Virus record (IMG/VR): IMGVR_UViG_3300040807_002454
Location: 1 to 53,386 of that record
Origin: a virus
Lineage: Duplodnaviria > Caudoviricetes
Direction: 5' to 3' (one strand)
DNA: 53,386 bases
The position numbers were made by a program, and so were the translations under genes. The notes beneath the pieces are model-generated. The model made no database searches, was not told the origin of the DNA, and saw nothing but the letters and a program-made list of their open reading frames with translations. Every line of letters begins with the position of its first letter. The first letter of the stretch is position 1. Of the stretch, positions 36,634-47,110 are shown piece after piece.

Positions 36634-39224
36634 TGAAAAGTGATGTAAAATTTATATTAAAACAATCGGAAAAATTTAATAAAGATGGCACAGCTAGTGA
36701 TGCAGTAAAGGCAATATTTGAGTATTATGAATCACATGGGTTTGAACAAACATCAGCAAAGAGTACAAAATATACAAAGTTGCATAATCTTGCTCATGGT
36801 AAGATTAATAAGGAAGATTATATAAAAGAATCAGTCCCTAAGGAATTAGAGTTTAATTATCAGGATGCTAATCTTGATGATGTGGGATTGAATTTTTATC
36901 CTATTATTCCTGTATTTAGAAATGCAATTTTAGGAGAGTATGATAAAAAATATATTAAGTATAGTTCTAGGGCTGTAAATCCTGAAAATACTAATCAGGT
37001 TATAGAACGTATGGATGCGGATTTACGAGATAATTTAATAAGACAAGCAGAGAAAGCTTTTTTAGCAGAGAATCCTAATCCTGATGAAGATCAAATAGAA
37101 GCGTTTAAGAATAGTGAGGAAATAAAAAGAATGTATAAGCTAGAATATAGGACTGAAATTGAGAAGTGGGCTATACATACTATGAAGAAAGAGGATATGA
37201 AGTTTGATATGAAAGATATTGAACGTGGTATTTTAGATCAATGTATTATTACTGAGGATCCTGTAGTGCATTGTAACTACCATAATGGAGACTATTTTCC
37301 AGAACGATGGAATGAAAAAGATGTATTTTCTTTAAAGAGTACTGATTTAGATTGTTATTCAGAAAGTTTAATGGTAGGTAAATTTGGGGCGTTAAATATA
37401 GCGTCGATCTTAAATAAATATGCAGATAAATTAAGTGAGGATCAAATTCTTCATTTGGAAACATGGTTATCAAAGTATTATGCTAATGGCTTTACTGTAA
37501 ATGGTATGTATGATAATCTGACTGGAAACAGGAATCAAGATAAAGATTCTATTCAAAACTGGACTACCTTTAAGAGTTTAGAACGAGGTGATAGACGTTA
37601 TGATGATATAAGTCAAGATTTATTTAGAGAAACTACTATTTATTTTCTATTACCTAGAAAGGCAGGATACTTAACGTATAAGAGTAGAGGTGAAGAATTT
37701 AAAACTATTGTTGATGAAACTTTTGTCCCTACATTTCTTCCTAAGTATGACGGAAAGAAACACCTAGATAACCTTATTGAAGGGGAGCATGTAGAATGGT
37801 TTTACTATAATGAATTATGGAGAGGTATTAAATTAGATATAGAAACAAGTAATGAAAATTATTCTACCTCTACGCCTGATGGAGAGTCTATTTGGATAGA
37901 GTTACAGAAACATGATATTCAGTATACAGATCCTAAATATAGATATGGCGTTTTAATTCCTGTATATGGAGGCTCTATATCTAATAGATATAATGAATCA
38001 CAAAGTTTAGTATCTAAATGTGCATCCTGGCAGATATTTTATAATTGGATTTGGAATAGAAACGCACAATTATTAGCAACAGAAGTAGGACGATTTTTTG
38101 CCTTCAACCAATTAGCTATCCCAAGTGAATCTATGGGTGAATCATGGGGTAAGAATAATATCTTAAAATGGGCTCTTACTGGTAGGGATACTTCATTAGC
38201 ACCTTTAGATTTGTCTATGAGTAATATGGGACAAAATGCTATGCAAATGGCAGGAGGTATTGGTCAAGTAGTAGATTTAAATAGAACAGCAGATATTTTA
38301 GAGAAATCTAAATTAGCGTCTATTGTTAAGAATGAATGCTTCCAGATTATAGGAATGACACCTGAATATTTATTTGGGGATATATCACCTAAGCAAACAG
38401 CTACCTCTGTTATTCAAGGTATGCAGCGATCATCTAATCAAGTACAATATTTATTTACTAGATTGCATCAAGTTTTGAGACGTTTAAGAGCAGGTATGTT
38501 ACAGACTGCCCAATATATTGAAAGTCAAAATCCAACTAGTCAAGTAGCGTATTTAACCAGTGATGGTACTAGGCACATATTTTCTACTGCTACGGAAGGC
38601 TTTTTATTACATCAATTAGATATCTTTATAGAATCATCATTATCTGATATAGATACACTAGAACGTATTAAACAATATACCCTTCAAACAAATACGTTAG
38701 GCGCAGATGCGTATGAACTAGGTATAATACAAACTAGTACTTCTACACCTGAATTGATGGGAGTTTTAAAGAAACTGCATGAAGAGAAGAAAGAAGAATT
38801 AGAAAAACAGCAGCAGTTAGATATGAAGAAACATGAAGAAAGTTTACAAGCAGCTAGAGAAGCTCAAGAGAAAGCCTTACAATTTGAAGCATCTGAAAAT
38901 GCTAAAGATAGAGAAACAGAATTAGATAAAGCTGGTATAGTAGCGTTAGGATATGCTAATGATGAAGTAGATGAGATAGTAGCACAAATAGAAAAATTAA
39001 GATCACAATCAGAAGCTTTAAAAGATAAGAACAGAGAATTTGAGTATAAAGAAAGTTTAGCTAAGAGTAAAGATGCACAGACTAAAGCAGGGATTGAGAC
39101 TAGTAAAGAACGTCTTTTATTAGATAGACAATTAAAATTAAAAGCAGCTCAACAAAAGGATAAAGAGCTAGAATTAAGGGAAAAAGAGATAATAGCTAGG
39201 AACAAAAGAACAAAAGTTTTATAA
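36633..39224 (+). CDS. portal protein
   Basis: 863 aa, TAATG-coupled to TerL; YPIIP....ILGE..K, ELWRG.K, C-terminal coiled coil; crAss synteny. Confidence 0.85.
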   Translation: MKSDVKFILKQSEKFNKDGTASDAVKAIFEYYESHGFEQTSAKSTKYTKLHNLAHGKINKEDYIKESVPKELEFNYQDANLDDVGLNFYPIIPVFRNAILGEYDKKYIKYSSRAVNPENTNQVIERMDADLRDNLIRQAEKAFLAENPNPDEDQIEAFKNSEEIKRMYKLEYRTEIEKWAIHTMKKEDMKFDMKDIERGILDQCIITEDPVVHCNYHNGDYFPERWNEKDVFSLKSTDLDCYSESLMVGKFGALNIASILNKYADKLSEDQILHLETWLSKYYANGFTVNGMYDNLTGNRNQDKDSIQNWTTFKSLERGDRRYDDISQDLFRETTIYFLLPRKAGYLTYKSRGEEFKTIVDETFVPTFLPKYDGKKHLDNLIEGEHVEWFYYNELWRGIKLDIETSNENYSTSTPDGESIWIELQKHDIQYTDPKYRYGVLIPVYGGSISNRYNESQSLVSKCASWQIFYNWIWNRNAQLLATEVGRFFAFNQLAIPSESMGESWGKNNILKWALTGRDTSLAPLDLSMSNMGQNAMQMAGGIGQVVDLNRTADILEKSKLASIVKNECFQIIGMTPEYLFGDISPKQTATSVIQGMQRSSNQVQYLFTRLHQVLRRLRAGMLQTAQYIESQNPTSQVAYLTSDGTRHIFSTATEGFLLHQLDIFIESSLSDIDTLERIKQYTLQTNTLGADAYELGIIQTSTSTPELMGVLKKLHEEKKEELEKQQQLDMKKHEESLQAAREAQEKALQFEASENAKDRETELDKAGIVALGYANDEVDEIVAQIEKLRSQSEALKDKNREFEYKESLAKSKDAQTKAGIETSKERLLLDRQLKLKAAQQKDKELELREKEIIARNKRTKVL

Positions 39225-39286
39225 TAATTTGGTATTGTGAACTATTTGTTCTAAATTATAAATAATAAAATTTTTAAAACAAGCTT

Positions 39287-40456
39287 ATGCAACTAGAAGG
39301 TTTTGCAAACATTGATTTCAATAATCCTTTTCAGAATTTGGAAACGACTGAAGGCGAAGAGGATAATTTAGAGTTAAGCTCAGATGAAAAAGATACAGAT
39401 ACTTCAGAAGAAGTAATGCCTTTAGAATCAGATGAGGAGTTATCTACAGATACAACAGAAGAAGTAGACACCGATGCTGATGTAGAAGAAGATGGTACTG
39501 ATACTGATAAATGGGAACTTACAGATGAGCAGGCTCCAGAAATATTGAATGCTTTAGCGCAACTTGGGATGATTACTGAAATTCCTGAGGAGATAGATCA
39601 AGAAAATATTGATGCTAATGCAGCTAAAGAAATTTTGAAATTTAGGGATAACAAACTTGTAGAGGAAGCTAGACTAGAAGGAGCTAAAGCAGCTCAAACT
39701 AGAATAGTAGGCAAATTAAGTACTACTTTACAAAAGGCAGTAATTCAGAATTTGCAGAATCCTAACATGGAAGATAGTGAGCTAATCAGTTATCTTCAAG
39801 GGATACAAAATGCAGGTAAGATTACAAACCTAACGCCTGACAAGAATGCAGAAGAAATAGTTCGAGAAGCATACAAAGCTGAAGGCTATAAACCTACTCA
39901 AATTAATGAGAAGGTAGCGGATCTGATTCAATTAGATAAGTTGACACGAGAAGCAGAGATTCTTAAGCCTAAATTGGATGCTAGAGCACAGTCTATAGTT
40001 CAAGCACAAGAAGAACATGCTCGTAAGATAGCTGACTTTGAAGTGCAAAGACAGACAGAATTACATCAGAGAACTACTAAACTTTTGAATTCAGGGGCAA
40101 TAAGTGGTATTCCTTTATCAAGGGAATTAAGTTCTTTTTTATATACTACACTAATGAATAATGAAGTGCCAGTAGATATTAAAGGAAAGAGAGTAGAGAT
40201 GGGTGCATTAGAAGCACTGGTCATGAATAATAAATATTCTAAAGAACCAGAGGCTTTGGAAAGAGTAGCATTAGCTGCTATTGTACTTAAGGATGGTGTA
40301 GAAGAATTGAATAAACATCTCTCTAAAAGAGTTATCACTAAAGAAACAGAAAAAGCAGTTAAACAATTTAAATTTTCAAATAAAAGAAAGACGAGTTCTA
40401 CAAGTTCACGACCCGTGAGTAAAGAGGAGGATGCGCCTTTCACTATAAGATTCTAA
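39287..40456 (+). CDS. acidic scaffold-like protein
   Basis: Very acidic N-terminus, helical remainder; between portal and MCP. Confidence 0.65.
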   Translation: MQLEGFANIDFNNPFQNLETTEGEEDNLELSSDEKDTDTSEEVMPLESDEELSTDTTEEVDTDADVEEDGTDTDKWELTDEQAPEILNALAQLGMITEIPEEIDQENIDANAAKEILKFRDNKLVEEARLEGAKAAQTRIVGKLSTTLQKAVIQNLQNPNMEDSELISYLQGIQNAGKITNLTPDKNAEEIVREAYKAEGYKPTQINEKVADLIQLDKLTREAEILKPKLDARAQSIVQAQEEHARKIADFEVQRQTELHQRTTKLLNSGAISGIPLSRELSSFLYTTLMNNEVPVDIKGKRVEMGALEALVMNNKYSKEPEALERVALAAIVLKDGVEELNKHLSKRVITKETEKAVKQFKFSNKRKTSSTSSRPVSKEEDAPFTIRF

Positions 40457-40457
40457 G

Positions 40458-42161
40458 ATGAAAATACAACCTTTAGTATTGAATAACGGAGTTTATCTCC
40501 AAACTACTGAGCACAATCATAAGAGTCACTTAGATTCCGCGCATCTAATGCACTTGAATCAAGGTAATAAGAAGGCTACAGACATGGGGATTATTGAACC
40601 ATTTGTAACTTCAGGCTTTTTGAATGCGCCTTACCTATATGGATCATTTAATGTAAACTCACAGCGAGTTTATGTAGACGATGGTTTATTTAAGTGGAGA
40701 TATCCTATTCACGATGAACCTTTATATATTGTAGAGGATTTATCTACACATTCAAAACCAGGTGTTGCTGGTGAGAAATTTCAAATTAAAGTTAATCAAA
40801 ACAAGTATGACAATGGATATGTACTTGCTGCTGATCAACATTCACCAGAGCAACTATTAATTACAGAGGATGAAATTTACCAAGATGGTGATGGATGGAT
40901 TCTTACTGTAAAATATGCAGGTGTAGACCCAGCTAATCGTTGGTTCCCAAAACAATACTTAAAGCCTAACACAAAACTCTTCCCTATTACTACTGTAGCC
41001 ACTGAATATTCTCAAATGTACAGTTCAATTCCACAATTCTCAGGTGGAATGAGAGAGTACTTCCAAACAGTAGGAGAAACTAATACTCAATTACATTACG
41101 AAGTAACTAGAAAGGCAGCATTCTCTATGGTAAATAGAAAATGTTTAGCATCATTGGATGCTCACCGAGAGGTTATTGAGATGTATGTATTTAAACCTGG
41201 TTCAAAAGGGCATGATATGTCTTTGACAGGACAGGATCCTCGTAAATTAGCTAAAGCGTATACTAAAGAGTATGGGTCTAAAGCTATGCAACAAATGCAG
41301 TATGATACTGTACAACGTGCTTGGATTCCTAAGATTGAAGCATTGGGTATGGGTTACTTGAACTATCTGCATGAAGTTGAAGCTATTTTTGGTGCAGGCG
41401 GTCAAGTTTCTTATGATGGAAAAACTAAAGCTAATCGAAGTGTAGGTTTGTTCCACCAATTGAATATGGGGAATCAGTATAATTTCAACTTATACAACTT
41501 CACATATGCTAAATTAGAAAACATCATTGCAGAGCGTCTTAAAGATCGAGTAGAGCCTTTTGCAAGTTCTTACACTACTACTATTAGAGTAGGTATTGGA
41601 ATGTACACTTTGTTACGTAACCAATTGAGTAAGTTGCCAGGAGAAATGGGCGTTCAATTCCATGCTAAAGATGTACTATCTAATTATGGTAAAGACAATA
41701 CAAGTGTAACATACAATCCTATCCAAGTTACTTCTTGGAATATGCTAAACGGCTATGGTAAAATTCAAATGGAGTTAGTACCAGGTTTGGATCCTACTGA
41801 TGCGAATGAGCAAATCAATCCTAAGGTAGCGGTAGCAGGAGGTATTGGTGGACACAGATTGTCTTCTTATATGATTATCATTGAAGATATTACTTCAAAT
41901 GCTCAAAATAATATTTGCGAGCTAGTATGTTCTCATGACTGGGATGTTCAAAAACGAGTTATTACTGGTAAATTGAACTACTTAGGAGCACCTACCTATA
42001 ACAACGGTATGTTTAACTCTGCTAGTCACCACCCTGGATATCAAATGTTCATGGAGAAAAAGAACAAAGCATACTGGGTTAAGGATATTACTAAATCATT
42101 ACTAATTAAGCCAATTAATCCATTGACAGGTACACCTATCTATGATGGATTTTATAAATAA
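40458..42161 (+). CDS. major capsid protein
   Basis: 567 aa; synteny; LDSAHL N-terminus and WVKDITK...I C-terminal motif like crAss MCPs. Confidence 0.85.
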   Translation: MKIQPLVLNNGVYLQTTEHNHKSHLDSAHLMHLNQGNKKATDMGIIEPFVTSGFLNAPYLYGSFNVNSQRVYVDDGLFKWRYPIHDEPLYIVEDLSTHSKPGVAGEKFQIKVNQNKYDNGYVLAADQHSPEQLLITEDEIYQDGDGWILTVKYAGVDPANRWFPKQYLKPNTKLFPITTVATEYSQMYSSIPQFSGGMREYFQTVGETNTQLHYEVTRKAAFSMVNRKCLASLDAHREVIEMYVFKPGSKGHDMSLTGQDPRKLAKAYTKEYGSKAMQQMQYDTVQRAWIPKIEALGMGYLNYLHEVEAIFGAGGQVSYDGKTKANRSVGLFHQLNMGNQYNFNLYNFTYAKLENIIAERLKDRVEPFASSYTTTIRVGIGMYTLLRNQLSKLPGEMGVQFHAKDVLSNYGKDNTSVTYNPIQVTSWNMLNGYGKIQMELVPGLDPTDANEQINPKVAVAGGIGGHRLSSYMIIIEDITSNAQNNICELVCSHDWDVQKRVITGKLNYLGAPTYNNGMFNSASHHPGYQMFMEKKNKAYWVKDITKSLLIKPINPLTGTPIYDGFYK

Positions 42162-42166
42162 TAATT

Positions 42167-43003
42167 ATGCAAAAGATTAAGCAAGCGCCTATAACATCTG
42201 AAAAACTTGGACATAAATTGAGAAGATTTGAAAATTGTACATCAAGATTTGAAATTTTCTATGATGCTGGACGAAAGAAATTTAATCATGGTCTAAGTAA
42301 AGAAGAACAGGAACGTGTTGAAGCTCATTATGGCAGATCCTTTGAAAATCCTAATGATTTAGAATTCTGGTCGAACATAAACTTTGAGATTAAACATGAT
42401 GTGGAACCTGTAGACATGGAAAATCCACCTGACCTCTTAAAAGTAAGAGCGTTCCAAGCTTTGAAATCGCTAGGTAATTTTAATGATATTATAAGCGGTG
42501 ATAGCACATCAGATTTTATGTTGACAGATGAATCTAAGGAAACTGAATTAGAAGCAACCTTATATGAAAAGAGAGATTTAGCTATTGCTAAATTGATACA
42601 GGTTAAACAATCTACTAAGTATTGTATAGGTATTGCAAAGTTTCTATTGCCAGGTTCAATCAAGATTTCCACCTTAGATGATGCGTATACTAAAATACGT
42701 CAATTCTTAGATGGTAAAATTATCAAAGGGTCTAATGAAGCTATTCGTCAATTTAATAACGCCTGTGACTTACCTAAAGATGAGTTATATGTTACAGTCG
42801 ATTTTAATGAGGCATTACGTAAAAATATTATTCGCAAGAATGCTGATGGAAAATTTCATAATCCTTTAACAGGTACTGAATATGGAAAGACTTCCAAACA
42901 ATCTATTATGTATTTAATGCAACCTAGTAATCAAGAGGAGATTGGAGCAGGTGGAAAAAGTGATAAGCCTTATAGTATAAGGTATCAACTTATGAATAAA
43001 TAA
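42167..43003 (+). CDS. conserved structural-module protein (crAss gene-75-like)
   Basis: Follows MCP; GL..EE..R.E, FW, A....IIR motifs. Confidence 0.6.
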   Translation: MQKIKQAPITSEKLGHKLRRFENCTSRFEIFYDAGRKKFNHGLSKEEQERVEAHYGRSFENPNDLEFWSNINFEIKHDVEPVDMENPPDLLKVRAFQALKSLGNFNDIISGDSTSDFMLTDESKETELEATLYEKRDLAIAKLIQVKQSTKYCIGIAKFLLPGSIKISTLDDAYTKIRQFLDGKIIKGSNEAIRQFNNACDLPKDELYVTVDFNEALRKNIIRKNADGKFHNPLTGTEYGKTSKQSIMYLMQPSNQEEIGAGGKSDKPYSIRYQLMNK

Positions 43004-43020
43004 CCTTTTAAATATAAAAG

Positions 43021-45156
43021 ATGAATACTAGTTTTAACAGAAGCTTGCCTACAGTGATGCTCCCACAGAGTATCGTAGGGGCTGGTAAAAGAGCGCATGA
43101 ATTGAAGCCCTTTGAAATTGGGGTATTTGATTGTGATACAGGTTTATCTGTAGATGTGGCTTCTTTTGCTCCAGATAAAACATATGAGATTGTTTACAAG
43201 TCTCCTTCTAAAGGGATGAGTAATTCAATGTTCCCAGATCAATTTGGTACTAAACTACCTATTAGATCTCTACCTATCAATTTGATTGATAAAGTACATG
43301 TATTTGATAGTGCGTCTGATGTACAACAACCATTTGTTGCCTATCTAGGTTATGATGGATTAAGTGATTGTAAGAATTTAGATTTGACGTGTGGTGAAGA
43401 TTATGCATTGGATATCACTGTAAGAAGTGAAGTAGTGCGTAATACTTTTAATCGTAACTTGAGTCAATTGGTTCCTTTCACTTTACCATGTTGTGAAGAT
43501 TGTACTGCGGAAACTAAAGCAGAGACTATTGCGGATGCAATTATCGAAGCTATCCAAGATGGGCCTTTCTATACTAAGAATTATTTTAAAGCAGAGAAAG
43601 TTCTTTCTTGTTGTCCAGTACTTGCACCTTTTGATAAAATCTACTTTAAGACTTATCAATTAGAGGTATGTGATGATGGTTCTTCAAGAGCAATGGCTTC
43701 AGTACAGGCACAATATCCTACTGCTGATGTCTTCCGTGTAAAAAGAGATAACCCTTACAGTACTTATGAAGTATGTATTGAGAATCCTTTTTCAGAAGAA
43801 GATCAAGCATTAGTTGATGCTGATAAAGCACTTTTGGATGCTGAGACTCCAGGTACTAACGACTATGATGCTGCACTTGCTACATGGGAAGCTACTGTAG
43901 CTACCGCAATTACAAATGCAACAGTAGCTAATGCACCTGCTGACTTTACCATGACTAATGTGAAAGCATTAGAATGTGATGAGTGTCCTGATTGCCCTGC
44001 TGGCTTCACAAAAGTTCCTGCTGGTTTTAAATATGTAGTAAGTGTTCTTAATGAAGACAATACTGATGATTGGGTAGGTAATACTGAAGCACTCGCAGTA
44101 GCTTTAAGTATTCCTGATTATGTAGTCAATTCTGCTCAGTTTATCGCATCTGAAGGTAGTACTGTTACTATTCAAGTAGTAACTAGTGTTGCAATTCCAG
44201 ATCCTACTACTATTGCTAATTTGCAATGGGTAAGCTTAGGTCAAACTGCTGGATACTGTTCAGGTTCTTCAACTGTCGAATGGTGTGCTAAAGACGACAA
44301 ATATAAGATTGAGCGTACCATGTGTATGATCATTGCTGATGATGAATGTGGTAATGATTTCTTAGCTGAAATTCAAGCTGAATTAGGTGATGTCGAAAAT
44401 GTCAACTTAGACAGTATTGCTATTACATCTACTAATAACTGTATTACTGAGTACACTGTTACTCAAAGAAACAATGCATGTTTGGAAGATGGGTGTGATA
44501 CGTATGGTAAAGATGGCGCTAAATTTGATAAACTCCCTACATTTAAAACTGCAACATGGACTATGTGTGCATGTGAAGGTTGGACAGTAGATGGAGATGG
44601 ATGTCCTGTTGCACCAGTTACAACTACTGAAGATTGTAGAGCAGGTGTTAAATTTACAGGAGGTTTAATTGACTCTGAAATTTTGGAATGTACTTTTGCA
44701 ATTGATGATAATATCGAAAGAGAACCTATCACATTAGAAATTAGCTTAGTACCTAATTCAAACAATCCAGATGTCAATACATTATGTGCTCCTATCAATA
44801 TTGATTGGACAGTTGTTCAAGAAGGACGTACAGTACAAGGAGATGGACGATATGTAAATCGTGATGAAGTAGTTTCTAGAGGCTATGAGTTGTATTCATA
44901 CTATAACCCTAAAGAGGAATTAGGAAATCTAATGTCTCAACGTAGTGGTTTTGAGTATACAGCTAGACCTGATAAATTCTACAATCACCTTACATTGTTC
45001 CATAACTCTAACAGAAATAGAGTCCACAATTCAACCTCTCATACTAGAGAGTGTATTAAGATTTTTGTGGAGAAAGATAATGTTACTTTTATGGAGGAAT
45101 TGAAAGATTTCTTCAACAAGACTCTATTGAGTCAAGGTAGCGTAAAATTGTTATAA
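43021..45156 (+). CDS. Cys-rich virion protein (capsid auxiliary / gene-74-like)
   Basis: 711 aa; position; many Cys (CCEDC, CDECPDCP, CACEG). Confidence 0.6.
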   Translation: MNTSFNRSLPTVMLPQSIVGAGKRAHELKPFEIGVFDCDTGLSVDVASFAPDKTYEIVYKSPSKGMSNSMFPDQFGTKLPIRSLPINLIDKVHVFDSASDVQQPFVAYLGYDGLSDCKNLDLTCGEDYALDITVRSEVVRNTFNRNLSQLVPFTLPCCEDCTAETKAETIADAIIEAIQDGPFYTKNYFKAEKVLSCCPVLAPFDKIYFKTYQLEVCDDGSSRAMASVQAQYPTADVFRVKRDNPYSTYEVCIENPFSEEDQALVDADKALLDAETPGTNDYDAALATWEATVATAITNATVANAPADFTMTNVKALECDECPDCPAGFTKVPAGFKYVVSVLNEDNTDDWVGNTEALAVALSIPDYVVNSAQFIASEGSTVTIQVVTSVAIPDPTTIANLQWVSLGQTAGYCSGSSTVEWCAKDDKYKIERTMCMIIADDECGNDFLAEIQAELGDVENVNLDSIAITSTNNCITEYTVTQRNNACLEDGCDTYGKDGAKFDKLPTFKTATWTMCACEGWTVDGDGCPVAPVTTTEDCRAGVKFTGGLIDSEILECTFAIDDNIEREPITLEISLVPNSNNPDVNTLCAPINIDWTVVQEGRTVQGDGRYVNRDEVVSRGYELYSYYNPKEELGNLMSQRSGFEYTARPDKFYNHLTLFHNSNRNRVHNSTSHTRECIKIFVEKDNVTFMEELKDFFNKTLLSQGSVKLL

Positions 45157-45177
45157 GCTTGTTTAATTTTTTGTTTT

Positions 45178-45211
45178 AAAGGGGTAGGCATTTCTGCCTG
45201 CCCTTTTTTTT
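45178..45211 (+). terminator. intrinsic terminator after the capsid genes
   Basis: GGGGTAGGCA-TTTC-TGCCTGCCC followed by T8. Confidence 0.85.
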
Positions 45212-45214
45212 ATT

Positions 45215-45853
45215 ATGACTATAAAAGAAACATACCAAACAGTATTAGACAGAGTAAATGAGTTAAATACTAATGTGAATCAACATGTTAGTGAGAGAGC
45301 TTTTATTAATGCATTTAATAAAGTACAATTACATTGGTTAGAAGAACGTATAAAAGTAGCGGAAGCTAATCAAGTACGTCAAGAAGAAATTCAACCATTT
45401 ATTGAAACTTTTAGTAACGGAGCTCAAAAAGTAGGAGATAGTTTAGTATTAAACTTACCTACGGATTACTTTAGGTATTCTAGAGTATATGGGGAATGTA
45501 GTAAGGATTGTGAACAAGTGGTTCATGCCTACCCAAGAGAGGAAGGTAATGCTGGTAGATTATTACAAGATGATCTTCAACGTCCTTCATTTGAATGGGC
45601 AGAAACCTTTTTTACATTAAAAGGAAATACGTTACATTTTTATGCAGATTTTGATTGCTCTACTATTACTTTAATTTATTACAGATGTCCCGTGGTAGTT
45701 GATATGGAAGACGTAGGAGGTTCTAATATTGATCCTGAACTTACTAAAACTAATTTAGAAGAAGTAATAGACCTTACTGCATTGCTAGTATCTGGCGATA
45801 CGTCTAATCCAAGATATCAGACTATTATGAATCACATTCAACAATTTAACTAA
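45215..45853 (+). CDS. head-tail ring protein (gene-73-like)
   Basis: AFNK.Q..W, LP.DY, PSFEWAETF, YYR.P. Confidence 0.6.
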   Translation: MTIKETYQTVLDRVNELNTNVNQHVSERAFINAFNKVQLHWLEERIKVAEANQVRQEEIQPFIETFSNGAQKVGDSLVLNLPTDYFRYSRVYGECSKDCEQVVHAYPREEGNAGRLLQDDLQRPSFEWAETFFTLKGNTLHFYADFDCSTITLIYYRCPVVVDMEDVGGSNIDPELTKTNLEEVIDLTALLVSGDTSNPRYQTIMNHIQQFN

Positions 45854-46311
45854 TGGCTAGTGAATTAACCTATACTATATTGGAACAATGTGACTGTAAT
45901 ATTATAGCAGTTTTAGATACTTCTAAATATGAAGGAGATATTACTAATCCAGTATTAAGAGTATTTCCTCCTGATTTGAATCAGTATGTGAATCTACAAT
46001 ACAACCAAAGTGCTACTACTTTAATTAGACCTGAATTAATTAAGTTTTCATCTTTACCTTCTGGTATCTATAAGTTTGTACAATCTATTTGTCCAAATGA
46101 AGACACTGAAGTAGAGAGTTGTTATTTACAAGTATGTAAGGAGCGCGAAGACATTAAAAAATTAATTTGTGATGATAAAGATATAGAAGAACTTACTGAG
46201 TTATTATATACTTTAGATATAGCACAAGGCGTAGTATCCGAATGTCCTAATAAAGCAACTGAATTACTTAACATAGTAAGACAGGGTATTATAAAATTAA
46301 AAACTTGTTAG
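45853..46311 (+). CDS. putative virion protein
   Basis: D.S.Y......P.L....P and LPSGIY.F..SICP. Confidence 0.55.
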   Translation: MASELTYTILEQCDCNIIAVLDTSKYEGDITNPVLRVFPPDLNQYVNLQYNQSATTLIRPELIKFSSLPSGIYKFVQSICPNEDTEVESCYLQVCKEREDIKKLICDDKDIEELTELLYTLDIAQGVVSECPNKATELLNIVRQGIIKLKTC

Positions 46312-46312
46312 T

Positions 46313-46534
46313 ATGTGTTTACCATGTATGCTAAAGAGACAGTCTCCTTCTACTAGAAATCTTGTACGAAAGGTTAAAAGTAGAAAATATCAAGAGTGTA
46401 AATATACACTAGAAGAATTACAGCGATTAGCTCTTCAGGTAACTGATCCATATTTGACTAGTCAGATTAATATTTATAATGCAGATTGCAATAGGTTTAA
46501 TACTAAGATAGATGAATTATTTAAATCACTCTAA
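46313..46534 (+). CDS. small hypothetical protein
   Basis: N-terminal CxxC; co-oriented. Confidence 0.5.
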   Translation: MCLPCMLKRQSPSTRNLVRKVKSRKYQECKYTLEELQRLALQVTDPYLTSQINIYNADCNRFNTKIDELFKSL

Positions 46535-47091
46535 AGCTATTATAGCTGAGTATTACGGTGTAAAGAATAAATATGGCAACCTTAAACAACTCAAACAAGA
46601 TTTCATCAAGTGCGCTGTTCAGCAATCCTGTGAGTGTGAATCAGCTTGTGGATCTGGATGTAGATCTACAATGCCTACCTACAATAGATTTGACATGTGG
46701 TGGCTTGAACCCATTATTACAAGCTCTAATTGATAAGGTATGTGGTACACCTAATTTTGATTTGGGATGTTTAACAGCATCTCAAACATATGACAGTGTA
46801 ATTCAAGCCTTAATTGATCAAGTATGTGTACTTACAGAAGCGTATATTGAACCTTCTACCCCTTTAGATTTATCTACTGTTAATCTAGCACTAGGTTCTA
46901 CCTGGGCCTGCGGTGAATTAAATCCTATTGTTCCTACAGGAGCAACTAATGAAGAGATCATACAAGCCCTAGTATCTAGAGTAATAGATTTATCAGTACA
47001 GGTTCAGACTAATTGTGATTTAATTGCTGATTTAGAGAATAGATTAACACAGGCAGAAGCTGATATTGCAGCTATTAACTGTTGTCCTTAA
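46512..47091 (+). CDS. Cys-rich repeat protein split over two overlapping frames (46512-46733, 46573-47091)
   Basis: 161-nt overlap; DLxCL...QALIDxVC repeats in the second frame. Confidence 0.5.
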
Positions 47092-47110
47092 TGCTTTAAA
47101 ATAAAACTAA

